Shown here piece by piece: positions 37,557-49,377 of a stretch of 64,000 nt of DNA; positions within the stretch are counted from its first letter, which is position 1; each line of letters begins with the position of its first letter. Source of the DNA: Kiritimatiellia bacterium (GTDB lineage Bacteria > Verrucomicrobiota > Kiritimatiellia > JAAZAB01); contig JAXGPF010000011.1 of NCBI GenBank assembly GCA_040767085.1, positions 128,001 through 192,000 of the forward strand, written 5' to 3'. The notes beneath the pieces were generated by a model. The model ran no database searches. It was not told where the DNA came from and worked only from the letters and a program-made list of their open reading frames with translations. The position numbers and the translations under genes are program-made.

Positions 37557-38709
37557 GGGGTCAGTCAATTGATATATCAATATTAAGCAGTTTGCGCCTT
37601 TTCTCCCGCAGATCCGAAGAGTATTTTAAACGACTTTTCTGCTTCGTAATCAATTGACTGCAATACGCGCGGGCGCCCATCTTCAGCACATCTCGGATCC
37701 AGTCCAACCGCATCACTGTTTCTGATTGGATGGCTTCGGCCATTACAAGCTTGCGATAATCGTTACATGGAATCCCGGCCAGATCTTTCGACTCAAGGTT
37801 GAACAACTTCAATCCGGAGCATAGGATCTGCCGCGCGCGCGCTGCGCTATGCGCCTGCATTTGCGCCCCGCCATATCCATCAGCTTTTTTCGACATTTTG
37901 GCTTCCAAATCATCCCCGGCTAAGCGCAACAGCTCCTCGCGGAACGCCTGGCTGCCAAAATACCACCCACGGCGGATACTGCTCTGCAAACTTATTCCTA
38001 TTTTCTTAACGTCTACCAAACCCGCCTGCCGGGACTTGGCTGCCTGCGCCAGGGCGATCAGCCGTCCCAAATACTTCCGCCGGCAGCTGGCGTTATCCGT
38101 CAGGCCGGCCACGTTCATTCAGCGCTCCACGCTCAACCATCCCGAACGACGGCTTGGCGGCATTACATATTCCCGCAAACTGCACCACGGATATTCTTCC
38201 ATCCGCTCACCCCGCTCAACCAGTCCGGCGCGCATTGGATTCAGATGTATATAGTCAATCAGGCATCTCAAATACGCAGGATCTTTATCCTCGATCAGCA
38301 GCGCCTTGTAACGCCCGCCAAACACATGGCCCTATAATTTGTGCCGGATATTAAACCGGCGGGTATACGTGTTTTGCAACCAGCGCATACCGTCCACCAG
38401 ATTGGCCTCCGGGGTCTCCAACGCCAGGTGGTAGTGATTGGGCAACAAAACGTACGCATGCACGATAAAACCCGTCCGCCACGCATGCTTCGCCCAGCGT
38501 GGTTATAAATCGCTGACGATCCTCATCATCGCGCACTATATTTTCACCGCGATCTCCGCGAGCCATGACGTGACTTGTCCGCCATAGCCTTGCGCGACGG
38601 CGGATAGAGCGCCCCCGCATATTCTATCCGGTGTTGTCTTGCCATGTGTCACATGTCGCATATCCTAAATCATTTGCTAACCATTATTTATATATCTACT
38701 GACTGACCC
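37557..38709 (-). mobile_element. Decayed near full-length Y1 transposase unit 3, pseudogene 37561-38645
   Basis: MARQHRIEYAGALY/HVMARGD, NHYHLALET, GHVFGGRYKA, YIHLNP, YPWCS, RRGWYFGS; insertion, stops and frameshifts; inverted ends. Confidence 0.88.
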
Positions 38710-38864
38710 AATTTATTACGATCCTGGTCCATGCCGGTAAAACATCTCAGGTCGTCGGCGCCGTCACTAATCATGCGCACCGCGATATTTTCCCGGACCA
38801 GCGCGTCGAAAGTGCAGGCATGCACATCGTAATGATTTTTCATGCCTATGCCGGTGATAAATGA

Positions 38865-39298
38865 GAGGTCAGTCCCATCCCAAGTGCTTCTTGCGTACAT
38901 AGACATTTTTATTCAAGTCGAACGTAAAATGGCATCATTGTAAAGTGGTGCGGGGAACGGACGGGGAACCAAATGGAAATTCTCGAATCGGCGGGTTAAC
39001 GTTGCAAAATAAAACAACCACACAATAGTGTGGATGGGGGAATTATGTCTTTTGCTGCGTCAGCCATAGCCTATGGTGCGACGGCAAGACAACACGCCTT
39101 TAATGAGTGATCCCTTGCCCTGCACATTATATACCTCACGTATCCCCGGCGGTCGGACGGCGTGTCCTTTAATCCCATATTCCCCAATACCCACCCCACA
39201 CTCAGCCATGCCGTCCGCATTGCCCGCAGGCATCGGACTGATCCTTGCAGCCCCAATCTACTCGTCAATACTTATTATTAATTTATAGGACTGACCCC
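38865..39298 (-). mobile_element. Highly decayed Y1 transposase unit 4
   Basis: GAGGTCAGTC at 38865 and GACTGACCCC at 39289; internal AWLSVGWVLGNMGLKDTPSDRRGY resembles the mid-region of units 1 and 3. Confidence 0.55.
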
Positions 39299-42200
39299 TC
39301 GCCCCCCCTGCTTCGCCTCTGAACCCTCGCTCTCCTTTCATGCTATCTGCCCCTAATTCCCCGAGCCATGCGTTTCCAGCATAATTTCGATGTCATCCAA
39401 CAGGTAAGACGCCGGAATGAAACGTAAAATGCCGTCCATCGGATAATCTACGGCGAACCAGATGTTGTACCTGCCCGGAGCTAATGTCATATCCTGCACA
39501 ATCATAAATTGTGGCAGATTGGATAGCGGCCCCTGGAACACAGGATGGATATTCGTCAGGTTTCCATCAAACGGCATCCAGCCCATTGCCGGAGTCAAAT
39601 AATACCACGCGTTGCCGGTCTGGGCATAAGCCGCCACCCACCAATCAACATAATACCCGATATATGCTTCCGGAAGATTCATCATTTCAACGGCAATGGT
39701 CAGCGGCGTACCGGCGGTAATGTTTATCTTGCCGCCGACCAGATCATTGACGCTGAGCAAAGGCCCGATGACCCCGCAATAACCGGTGTCATAATCGCTG
39801 AATTCGCTTTCTCCAGCGGAATTCCCGGCCTTAATCCAATAATAGTAAGTCCATTGATCCACGACGTTTGTGTCATCATACAACGTATCCGTAATTGTAG
39901 CAATATGTGACGCCGTACCAGAATTGCTGGTGGTATTCCGCCATATCTGGTAAGCCGCTGCGCCGCCGGCCGCACTCCAGATCACCCGCACCTTGTCGTT
40001 ATACCCTCCATCGCTCGCTTGGATATCCACAGGGACGGAAGGCCGCTTATTAGCATTCACCGTGAAATTCCTGATCACATTCAGCGCTGTATTCCAGTTG
40101 GAATTCCCAGCTTGGCTGGCAATAATGCTGACCGCCCCTGTGCCAGTAAAGCTCAATATATTGCCGTTTAGAACAGCCGGCCCCTTTACGTCATAGCTTA
40201 TCGTCATACTGGAATTTGCTGTGGCGCTTAAGGTTATAACGCTGGCCACCTTTTGATCCGGGATGGCCGGGAACGTGATTATCTGATTTGCCTTTGCTAT
40301 AATTAGCGTGCTATTGGCAAAACCTTGGTAGTTAACTTCGCTAATCGTTACGATTATCGCATAAGAGCCCGAATTAACCGGAGCTTTAATACTCCCATCG
40401 TATGTGATGAGCACAGCCAAATTGGCTGGTACAGTCATGGCCGTTATGTTCCGAGCCGCCCCGTTATATGTTTGGTTCAGGTTATTCAGTGTGATTTTGG
40501 CTGTGGCCTTACTCACCGTCAGCGTCCCATGCGCGGAGCCCTGATAAAGATCCGAATACACAACTCCGTTTACCGCATAAATACCGGCTGCCGTTGGCGG
40601 TGTGCTCCTCCCATTATACGTGATGAACACAGGCAAGCCGTCGGGGACTGTCGTCGCTTCCACCAGCTGCGGTGTTCCATCGTAAATTTGGTTCATGTTT
40701 GTCAGCGACACTAAAGCTGTTTCCTTGCTCACATTAAATGTGTTCGTCACTGTCGGCGCTGCATTCCAGTTTATGTCACCGGTCTGCCCTGCCGTCACAA
40801 TCACAATCCCAGAATTCGTAAAAGTCAGGTTCGTCATCCAGGAAATAACACCCGGGCCGGAAATCACCGCAAAATTCGTCACGGTCAACCCAGATGATGC
40901 CTGCGCGAACAATCGGACTACATTTGTTGTCATCATTGAAGAACCGTCCGCAGGTGTAAAGTTCGTAATCGTTTGATTGCCTTTGCTCACCGTAAGTGTT
41001 GCCACTAGATACTGTGGACTATTTGTTGCCTCGGACGAAATAATTTCGTTTGTTACGTAATATGTCCCTACATTTAGCCCAGTAACAGTTACATTACCAG
41101 TAATTGTAAGCATTGATAAACCAGCCAAGCTACTTATTTCCGGAGTTGCACGCCACCAACCGGAAGCGTTAGTGGAATACTTTACGATATTCGAGATATT
41201 AATATTCCAATAGCCTGAATTTGTTATTATATAATTTTGTTCCGCCGGATCAGCCTCGCCATATACGCTCGCGTAAGTCAAACCCATAGGCAACAATCTG
41301 ATTGCGCCCCTTGGCACCTGCATTACTGTCGAATTAGTACTAATTCCCGTATTATTTTCAGCACGTACTCGATAATAATATGCCACCTTTGTTTCCAATC
41401 CTGTAACCGAGCAATTTAAGGCCAACCCAACCATCCGGTTGCTGTATCCAGGCAGATAAGATTTAAAGTCATTTGTTGGAGCTACGTCCAACCAGTAATT
41501 AGCAGCTCCTGCGGCTAATTGCCAATTAGCATCTAGAGATTTTTCAGTGAGATTTGTCGGCGCTAATATTGCTGGCGCATCAGGACGCGTTAAAAATGAG
41601 GCTTCTTCCGTGTAATTTGTCCCTACTAAATTCACTGCATATGCTAGAAAATAATTAGTTCGTCCAGACGGCAGATTAGTCACAAAATAGCTGAATGGAT
41701 CCGTCCCAAAAACAGACCTTTCATGGAACTTCATTCCGTCAGTGCAAACGCTGCCTGAGTTCGTCCCCCAATAAATTCCACGCTCCGTTATAGAACAGCC
41801 GTTGCTTGCTGTTACAATACCGCCCAAATATGCCGTATGTGACATGATATTTGACACAACTGGCACACCCATTGCGGGAATTGCGCGGATGATTACGCTG
41901 ATCGTTTCTGAATTTGAGCTTATCATACCGGAATTTTGCGCCCGCACCCGGCAATAATAGGTGTTCCCGGCATTTACGCCGGTTACGGTACACGATACAT
42001 TCGAACCCGTTAAATAGTTACTAAATCCGTCAAGACAGCTTGAAAAATCATTTACAGATGCCACATCTAAAAAGTAGTTTGTCGCCGTATCCACCGCGCC
42101 CCAATTAGCAGTAAAATTATTGGGCGCAATCAATGTCGCCTCAAGCACCACTGGCGCCGGAAGAGCATTAATTATCAGCATCCCATTGGTAGATCCCTGA

Positions 42201-45200
42201 TAGAGAACTTCGTTAATCTCACAGGCCACTGCGTATGAACCAATATTAGTCGGCGCCCAATTATTTCCTGCATAAGTAACATCAACCAACAGACCCGGGG
42301 GCACCGTCTTTGCTAACACTGACTTTGCCTTACCATCATAAATATGCGTTAGATTTTCAAGCATTACTGAAGCTAACGCTTTGATTCCATTAAACGAGTT
42401 AGTCACGTTAGGCGCGGGGTTCCAATTGTCATCACCAGCCTGACTGGCCACGACACTGACTGGTCCTGCACCGGAGAAACTAAGGTTCGTGCCGTCAGAA
42501 ATATTTGCCGACCCACCGGTCAGGATAAACGTAACGTCAAGATCAGAAGATGCCGTCGCATATAGGCATACGGTGTTAGTTATTGACTGGTCACCCGGAT
42601 TTGGGAAAGTAATAGTCTGGTCAAGTTTTTGGCCCATGCCCGCCAGATTAAGCATGAAAGGCGAATTTGTGGAATTATTAACAATAGAAACAGTACATGT
42701 GTAATTCTGTGCTGCGATTGGCGCAAAAGTTACAGTGATGTTGGAGGCGTTACCAGCCGAAATCAAAAAGGGCGAGCCAGGTAGCGAAAATACACTCGCA
42801 CCGGCGCCACTAGTGGTAACATCACTGATGGTTAACACGGCATTACCCGTATTAGTGAGGATATAATAGTTGGTTAAAATCTGCCCTCGAGGGATTGCTC
42901 CGAAGTCCGTACCCTTTGCTGAACTTGCGCCCTCGCCGTTGATAATCGTCGTGCCGTTGGGGCTTAACACTTGTAGGCCGGGGTCGGTATAAGTAAAGGC
43001 ATTGGACTTGACGGTCTCCCCGAAGGAGGTTGAAAACACATTGACCGACCCGGCCCCGATAGTAGCTGCCGCGCCGGCCATCACCACAATCTGCGTGGAC
43101 GATTGACTTATAATCCCGGCAACATTTATGCCGCTTAGAATGACATTAGTAACATCCATGCCATCGCCAAGGTTTGAGCCGGTAATAACAACGGTGTAAC
43201 CGCCAGTGCAACTCCCGCTTGAAGGATGGACTCCGCAATGAACGGCGGTAATACGTGGATAGCGGTACACATTGGATTGAGCCCCGATATCCCATCCCCC
43301 CCCTCCGATAGCATATATACAACTATCCAACACGCTCGCCGCTAGAAACATGCGGGCAGACGGCAATGACGCTGCTTCCAGCCATCCCGTTTCGTTATAC
43401 TTGTATACGGTGGCTTTACGGTTTAAGCTATTATCGCCACCGCCAATGGCATACAGCGAACCATTTAATACACCCGCTGCCAAATATGAGCGCACTGCTG
43501 GCAGCCCTGCTATCTCCTGCCATCCTGTCATATTAAGCCGACAAACACTGGGAGTATTATATCCGCCGACAGCATATAACATGCCATTTAACACGCCTGC
43601 GGCTAAACCAGTGCGCGGAGCCGGTAAGCCCACCACTTCCGTCCAGTTCGTACCATTATACCGATACACATTGGTAGAAAGACCGCCAATGGCGTATAAA
43701 GCACCGTTCAGGACACCTGCCGCCAACTCAGTTCGCGCGACCGGTAAGCCCGACACTTCCTTCCAGTCAACGCCATTGTATCGATACACGTTTGTTTTTG
43801 CCGAATCATTGTCATCCAAGCCGCCGATGGCGTATAACGCATCATCCAGCGCCGCAACCGCAAGAAACCTACGCGCGGCCGGTAAACCTGCTATTTCCGC
43901 CCAGCTTGTCCCGTCAAAACGATAAACATTAGTTTTAACGGCATTGCCGCTATCCCATCCGCCAACGGCGTATAACGCATCGTTCAGCACACCTGCCGCC
44001 AGTTGATATCGCGCCCCCGGCAAGCTCGCCACTTCCTGCCACTGGGTCCAATCTTTTATCACGACGCCGATTTGTCCTGCTGGATTCACTGTATAGGCCT
44101 TGTCATAAACAGTGTTGCCGACCGAAGCAGACTGGATCAGAAGGTCTTTAACGCCATCAGTGTTTGAGGGGGCTACAAATAAAACCCAATTTGTTCCCTG
44201 ACCGGCGATATTTGTTGTTCCCGCAGTGCCGACGCAGATATTGGTGATATCGAAACCATTACCGATATTCGGCTCACAGTTTGTGATTTGAACGACGTTT
44301 CCTCCTAAATAGGGACCTTTACGCGGATTCACTTCTTGTTTAGGAGTAAACTCGTAGGCTCCCACATCCACAATCCCGCCATAGATCCTCGAAAGACCAT
44401 CAAGGTCCATATTTGTCCCAGCAATATCAATAATCTCAACCAGATTATCATTGAGTCCGGCATTGACACAAATAGATATCGAGCTCAAGTGATAATTATT
44501 GCTCGTGCTGTTCACAAAGCCCAAGGTTGAAACACTTGCGGTAATCATCCCGGTAGAACTCCCCGACACATTATAAGTATTGTTCACGCAGGAGTAAGAA
44601 AGGCGTGAAGACATTGCCGCATTGCCACAGATATCCCCTCCTTGCCCGCCAGCTGCAACTGAATTATCAACAACTATGCTATTGAGAATATCAGCGGAAC
44701 CGGAGACAGCGATGCCTCCGCCATTACCGCTATTACCATTGATGCCTCCTGTTCCGCCGGCTTTAGTGCTATTTTCTAGGATAGTGCAGTTCAGCACAAT
44801 CAGACTGCCATCCACACACAATCCACCTCCGGATCCGCCTGCTCCAGCAGTTGATTTATTCCCATTCCCGCCCATTCCCGTATAGTTATCAGTGATTAAA
44901 GAACTGACAACAGTACAATTCGTTATGCATCGAATAGCACCTCCACTTCCGCCATTACCTCCATTGCCATCTGTAGCTCCTCCAATTATAACGGCCAGTC
45001 CGCTAGCGGCACCTATGCCACCGGAGTTCCCTTTGAAAACACAGTTAGAGATGCCTACAGATGATAAGGCGTAGATGGCGCCTCCACTGCCGCCGGAACC
45101 TCCATCTCCGCCATTTTGCCCAAACGCATTTTGGCCGATTTGACCTGCCCCTCCTCTGTTATTACTTATGATCGAATTTACAAGTGTTGAGTATTTTTCA

Positions 45201-45341
45201 ATGAACACACCTCCGCCGTTACCTCCACTGCCACCATCCCCGGCATCCCAGTTTGATGCATTATGGCCTTGACCCCCGGAGCCTCCAATATTTTCTGTAA
45301 CGATCGTATCCACAAGACAGATATCAGAGACAGAATATAGT

Positions 45342-47182
45342 CCTAAAATAAGCGAGGTTGTTCGAGCGCTCTGATTTTTCGCGATTTATGCACCCAAATT
45401 GATTTCCCGGTGCAATTAATTTGATGATTTGCGTCCGTTTTGCCCGGTTCCATCAGCACACACCTTGCTTTCCTCAAAATACAGCCGGTTTTAAATACAC
45501 CTCGACTGTAACTTGCGTCTCGCTCCAGCCTTCTGCCCGGGAAAATATGTTGTCAGGCGAATTTCGTTCGCCGGATATATTCCCATGCCGCAAAAAAATC
45601 CGTCAGCCAGGAATTGTACGCCAAAAGCCGATATGTAATCCGGCGCCCCTGCACGATAATTTGTGTTGGCAATAATATTATGGCGTGTAAAAACCGGCGA
45701 AACTCCATGCGCAGCAATTCCGTCCGGCGATCTTGACGCCGAACCATCATCGCAAACCACGCCTTTAAATTCCATGCCAGCGCCGCCATTACCATGTACG
45801 CCCAATTGCTGACCAGGTCATCCACCGGCATACGCATCGCATTCACGCCGTTTTTCAGTTGCTCGATCACGTTTTCCTGGTCGCAACGGCCGTTGGCCAA
45901 CTCCACCACCTGCGCCAGCGTCAGATCTTCACGGGTGGTGACGTAAAAGAAATATCGAATCTCGTCAAAAAGCATCGCCTCGCCTTTAATGTGGCTGATG
46001 TTTTTACGCAGCGCTATCACGCGATAATCCCGCCCGCATTTCCCAGGACGATACCGGAACTCCGCCACCTGCTCCCCGTCCAAACGCAGATTCTCGAACT
46101 CGCGCCGCACCACAATCTGCTCTTTGACTTTTTCCGGACGCCGCCGCGCAGTCGTGGCAACCTCATACCTGGCCTTCCGCTTTAGCGGCCGGTAATCAGC
46201 CTCTGACAACGCCTCGGCTCTTTTGACCAACGCGGGATGCGCGTCCATCCCAAACACAAAATCCACCCGCTTCGCCCAACCATCGAATTGTGCCGTGAGC
46301 GAAAAATCCGTGTCGCCCCGCAAGGTGATCGTCCGGGCATGCGGCCATACCAGATCGATCGCCTTGTCAATCCATTTAACGCATCCTGCGTGACTGGCGA
46401 CATTCCCCGGACGATTCTCGATAAACAGCACCTCTTTGGTGTTCGCCAAACTCACCACCAGCGGGTGATACCCCCACACCCCCTTGTAGGATATTTCCAT
46501 CCCGCCCTTGCATTCCCCAAGCGTCCCGGCAATCGTGCCGTCAACATCAATCAACGCGTCCCTCAATAACTTGCGCCCGCGCCTCTTCCATACCCGCCGC
46601 CGCCCGGCATTGAAGCACTCCATCAACCGCTCTATGTCCATCGGCGTAAAACGCCGGGTAAAATCGCCCGCCGTCGTCGGATCAGGCATGCTCTCGGTTT
46701 GCAACGCCTTCAGAAACACCTCATCCTGGCGTCTTAATTCAATATCTTCCAACCGTACGCCGCCAAGTAAAACGTTGTAGCCAATATTTAATACATGATC
46801 GGATTCATGATACGGCATATGCAGCTTCAGCAATCCCATTCGCCGGTCAATCTCGTCGGTCAAGCCAAGGCGCTTAACCATCTGGTGGATCGCCCCAATC
46901 CCCCCGCAATTCATCCCCTGCGCCTTGTCCGCCATCTCGTAATGGATGTTGCTCGCCGACAAGACCGGCACCGTGTTGTCAACATGCCCGCCGCGATAAT
47001 TTGCCAGTTTGCGCTCAATTTTGTTCTTGCAATTCCGTATGATTTCCCGGTAACCTTTGCTCACTTGAAATGCCCCCTTTCGTTGGTCTTAGTGTTTTAT
47101 ATCAACTTCACTTTAACCAATACTGGCGGGCATTTCAAGCATCTTATCCTCTCATTTCCATAAATTCTTCGCTTGGATCAGG
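45342..47182 (-). mobile_element. IS1380-family insertion sequence (1841 bp)
   Basis: Imperfect TIRs CCTGATCCAAGCGA / CCTAAAATAAGCGA; TATAGT duplicated at 45336-45341 and 47183-47188. Confidence 0.92.
45553..47064 (-). CDS. IS1380-family DDE transposase
   Basis: [43 protein letters not shown]; uninterrupted 503 aa. Confidence 0.92.
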   Translation of the reverse strand: MSKGYREIIRNCKNKIERKLANYRGGHVDNTVPVLSASNIHYEMADKAQGMNCGGIGAIHQMVKRLGLTDEIDRRMGLLKLHMPYHESDHVLNIGYNVLLGGVRLEDIELRRQDEVFLKALQTESMPDPTTAGDFTRRFTPMDIERLMECFNAGRRRVWKRRGRKLLRDALIDVDGTIAGTLGECKGGMEISYKGVWGYHPLVVSLANTKEVLFIENRPGNVASHAGCVKWIDKAIDLVWPHARTITLRGDTDFSLTAQFDGWAKRVDFVFGMDAHPALVKRAEALSEADYRPLKRKARYEVATTARRRPEKVKEQIVVRREFENLRLDGEQVAEFRYRPGKCGRDYRVIALRKNISHIKGEAMLFDEIRYFFYVTTREDLTLAQVVELANGRCDQENVIEQLKNGVNAMRMPVDDLVSNWAYMVMAALAWNLKAWFAMMVRRQDRRTELLRMEFRRFLHAIILLPTQIIVQGRRITYRLLAYNSWLTDFFAAWEYIRRTKFA

Positions 47183-48191
47183 TATAGTCCTCCTCCATCG
47201 CCTCCCATCCCGCCATTACCACTCGGCGTGGGGCCACCAATATTGCCATTGCCGCCGGTCCCCCCTGCATTCCAGGTAACGGAAGAGTTCTTGATGGTCA
47301 ATTTGGATACGGCATATATGCCACCGCCCTTTCCTCCACTCCCTCCACTTCCTGCACGATAAGATGAATAAACGGCTCCGCCATTACCACCAAATCCCGC
47401 TTGGTTACCAGAAACAGTACAGTTTGTTAAATCAAGAACCGCTTCTGAATATATGCCGCCGCCATATCCACCTGTCCCGCCAGTTGTTTTGTTATAAAAA
47501 TAATGACCTTCTCTCCCTGTGCCTGCCAAGTTCCCTAAAATCATACAGTTTCTAAGGATAAGATGTCCATTTCCCTTGGCGCATATGCCTCCCCCTTGTA
47601 AGTCTTGATCAATTGCACCATCACCAATATTTAACGGACAGGTCCCCGGATTCTTACCGTGCCCGCTACTGAAATACAGGCCATCGAGTTCGCAAACAGC
47701 CCCGCTGCTACTGGCCCAGTAGAGAACATGATAGCTGTTTTTCCCGACAATGGCGCTGGTATTGGTAACTATATTTTGAATAAAGCCAAGACTGTTGGTT
47801 AGGTCATTCCTGTCCAAATCTCCACTCAAGATTGTAAGAACGTTGGTATCACACCTTTCAGAGGGAGACGACTCTGCTCCAGTAAAACCTCCGTAGATGC
47901 TGATGTCATCCTTTGCTATGAAGCCGGTTTGGTTCGTAGTGCGGTAAACACCTCGCGCAATCCACACTTGGTCACCAGAAATGCTTTCATTGATGGCGTC
48001 CTGAACATTGCTTGCCGCACTCGCCCAACTGGTGTAAGGCGCGGAAGGAATTTGGTTGCATTGGGCAACATAGTGTATGGGAGTCGCATCCGCATACACA
48101 TGCCATATGCCAAAAACAATTGATAATACAATTAATATAGACTTTTTCATGTTTTGTAAAACGCCAGCCAATATGCCTATTAATGCAAGAT

Positions 48192-48244
48192 TTGTTGTTG
48201 TTGTGTTGTTGTTGTTGTTGTTTGGTGTGGTGGTGTGGTGGTGG
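48192..48244. repeat. Low-complexity (GTT)n/(GGT)n tract in 5' UTR
   Basis: TTGTTGTTGTTGTGTTGTTGTTGTTGTTGTTTGGTGTGGTGGTGTGGTGGTGG between promoter and ATG. Confidence 0.8.
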
Positions 48245-48259
48245 CGGAAATCTTTAAAT

Positions 48260-48288
48260 ATCATATAAAGTCGCCAAGGTATTGTCAA
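48260..48288 (-). promoter_or_regulatory. sigma70 promoter for the giant surface protein
   Basis: TTGACA-17-TATGAT. Confidence 0.65.
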
Positions 48289-48367
48289 GAGTTGTAGCAG
48301 AGTATTTCCACGACAGAGTATTTCAAAATCTTGACAAGGCGGCCGGGAAACACAATGATGGGCGGAT

Positions 48368-49288
48368 ATGGACTCGATCTATACCACGACCATTACCGAT
48401 GAGGCCCGGCGCCGGGGCATCGGCGTCGAGGTGATTGACGCCGAAACGCCGATTTTTCTCCTGAAACACGGCGGGCGGGCGGTGCGCTGTTATAACGCGC
48501 TGACCGACCGCGTGGGCGCGGTCACGTTCCATCTTGCCCAAGACAAGCACCTGGCGAACCAATTTTTGGCCCGGCACAATTTTCCCGTGCCCCGGCAGGC
48601 GAAATATGCCGACCGGGTGGCGGCGCGGGCTTTTTTGCGCCAAGTCGGCTGCCTGGTGGTTAAACCCTGCCGGGAATGGGGCGGGCGCGGGGTCTCGGTG
48701 GCCATCCGCACACCTGCTGAACTGGATCGCGCGGTGCGGCGCGCCCGCGTTTTCAACGAGGATATCGTGCTGGAGGAATACGTCCGCGGGATTGATTACC
48801 GGGTGATCATCGTGGATGGCAAATTCGTCGCAGCCATCGAACGCCGGCCGGCGTCGGTCACCGGTAATGGCCGGGATACGATCCGCGCGCTGATCCGCCA
48901 GGCGAATGCCCGGATGCGAAAGATTGACCCGAGTTGCCGGATTCCGCTGGACGCTGAAACCGCGCGTAACTTGCGCCATTTCAACTTGAATTTCGACGCC
49001 ATCCCGCCCGCCCGCCGGCGTATCCAAGTGCGTTTGACCACCAATTATCACACCGGTGGCACGGTGCTGGATGTCACGGATACCGTGCCGCGCCCGCTGG
49101 TCAATCTGGCCCGCCGGGTGGCGCGCCTGTACGGGATTCCGGTCATGGGCGTGGATTTCCTCGCCAGCCGGTCAGGGGCGCCCTGCCGGGTGGTGGAATT
49201 AAGCCCGGACCTTGCCATTTCACCCCCGGAAGGCGCCCGGGTGGTCGTCCGTTTTATGGATTATCTTTTCCCGGAGACAAAATCCTGA
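48368..49288 (+). CDS. Stand-alone ATP-grasp ligase (cyanophycin synthetase / Ngg C-terminal-like)
   Basis: DEARRRGIGVEVIDAE, AQDK, VVKP..WGGRGV, GIDYRVII, RRPASVTGNG, NYHTGG, GVDF. Confidence 0.85.
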   Translation: MDSIYTTTITDEARRRGIGVEVIDAETPIFLLKHGGRAVRCYNALTDRVGAVTFHLAQDKHLANQFLARHNFPVPRQAKYADRVAARAFLRQVGCLVVKPCREWGGRGVSVAIRTPAELDRAVRRARVFNEDIVLEEYVRGIDYRVIIVDGKFVAAIERRPASVTGNGRDTIRALIRQANARMRKIDPSCRIPLDAETARNLRHFNLNFDAIPPARRRIQVRLTTNYHTGGTVLDVTDTVPRPLVNLARRVARLYGIPVMGVDFLASRSGAPCRVVELSPDLAISPPEGARVVVRFMDYLFPETKS

Positions 49289-49377
49289 ATTCGTGACGGG
49301 GTTTTAAAATTTTTGCTCATGCAAAGACTTTTGAATCTTGATATAATATCAGTAGCATCCCATAGAAAACCACTTTA

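Larger units (their letters stand above)
39353..48150 (-). pseudogene. Giant secreted/surface protein (Gly-rich beta-helix, IPT/TIG, Kelch, Ig-like, MBG, FN3), interrupted by IS1380
   Basis: Signal peptide MKKSILIV at 48150; removing 45342-47188 rejoins GGGLY/SVSDICLVDTIV in frame (6951 nt, 2316 aa); LYAIGG Kelch repeats, DVGAYE, YYYRVRA. Confidence 0.88.

Noticed and set aside
38688-38906. 72-aa ORF as a real gene
   Set aside because: Spans two end motifs; its middle (FDALVR..MISDG..DQDRN) looks at most like a decayed Rhs fragment.
30880-39352. Classical integron
   Set aside because: No tyrosine recombinase in the window and no recognisable attC (RYYYAAC...GTTRRRY) pattern; separators are Y1-transposase ends.
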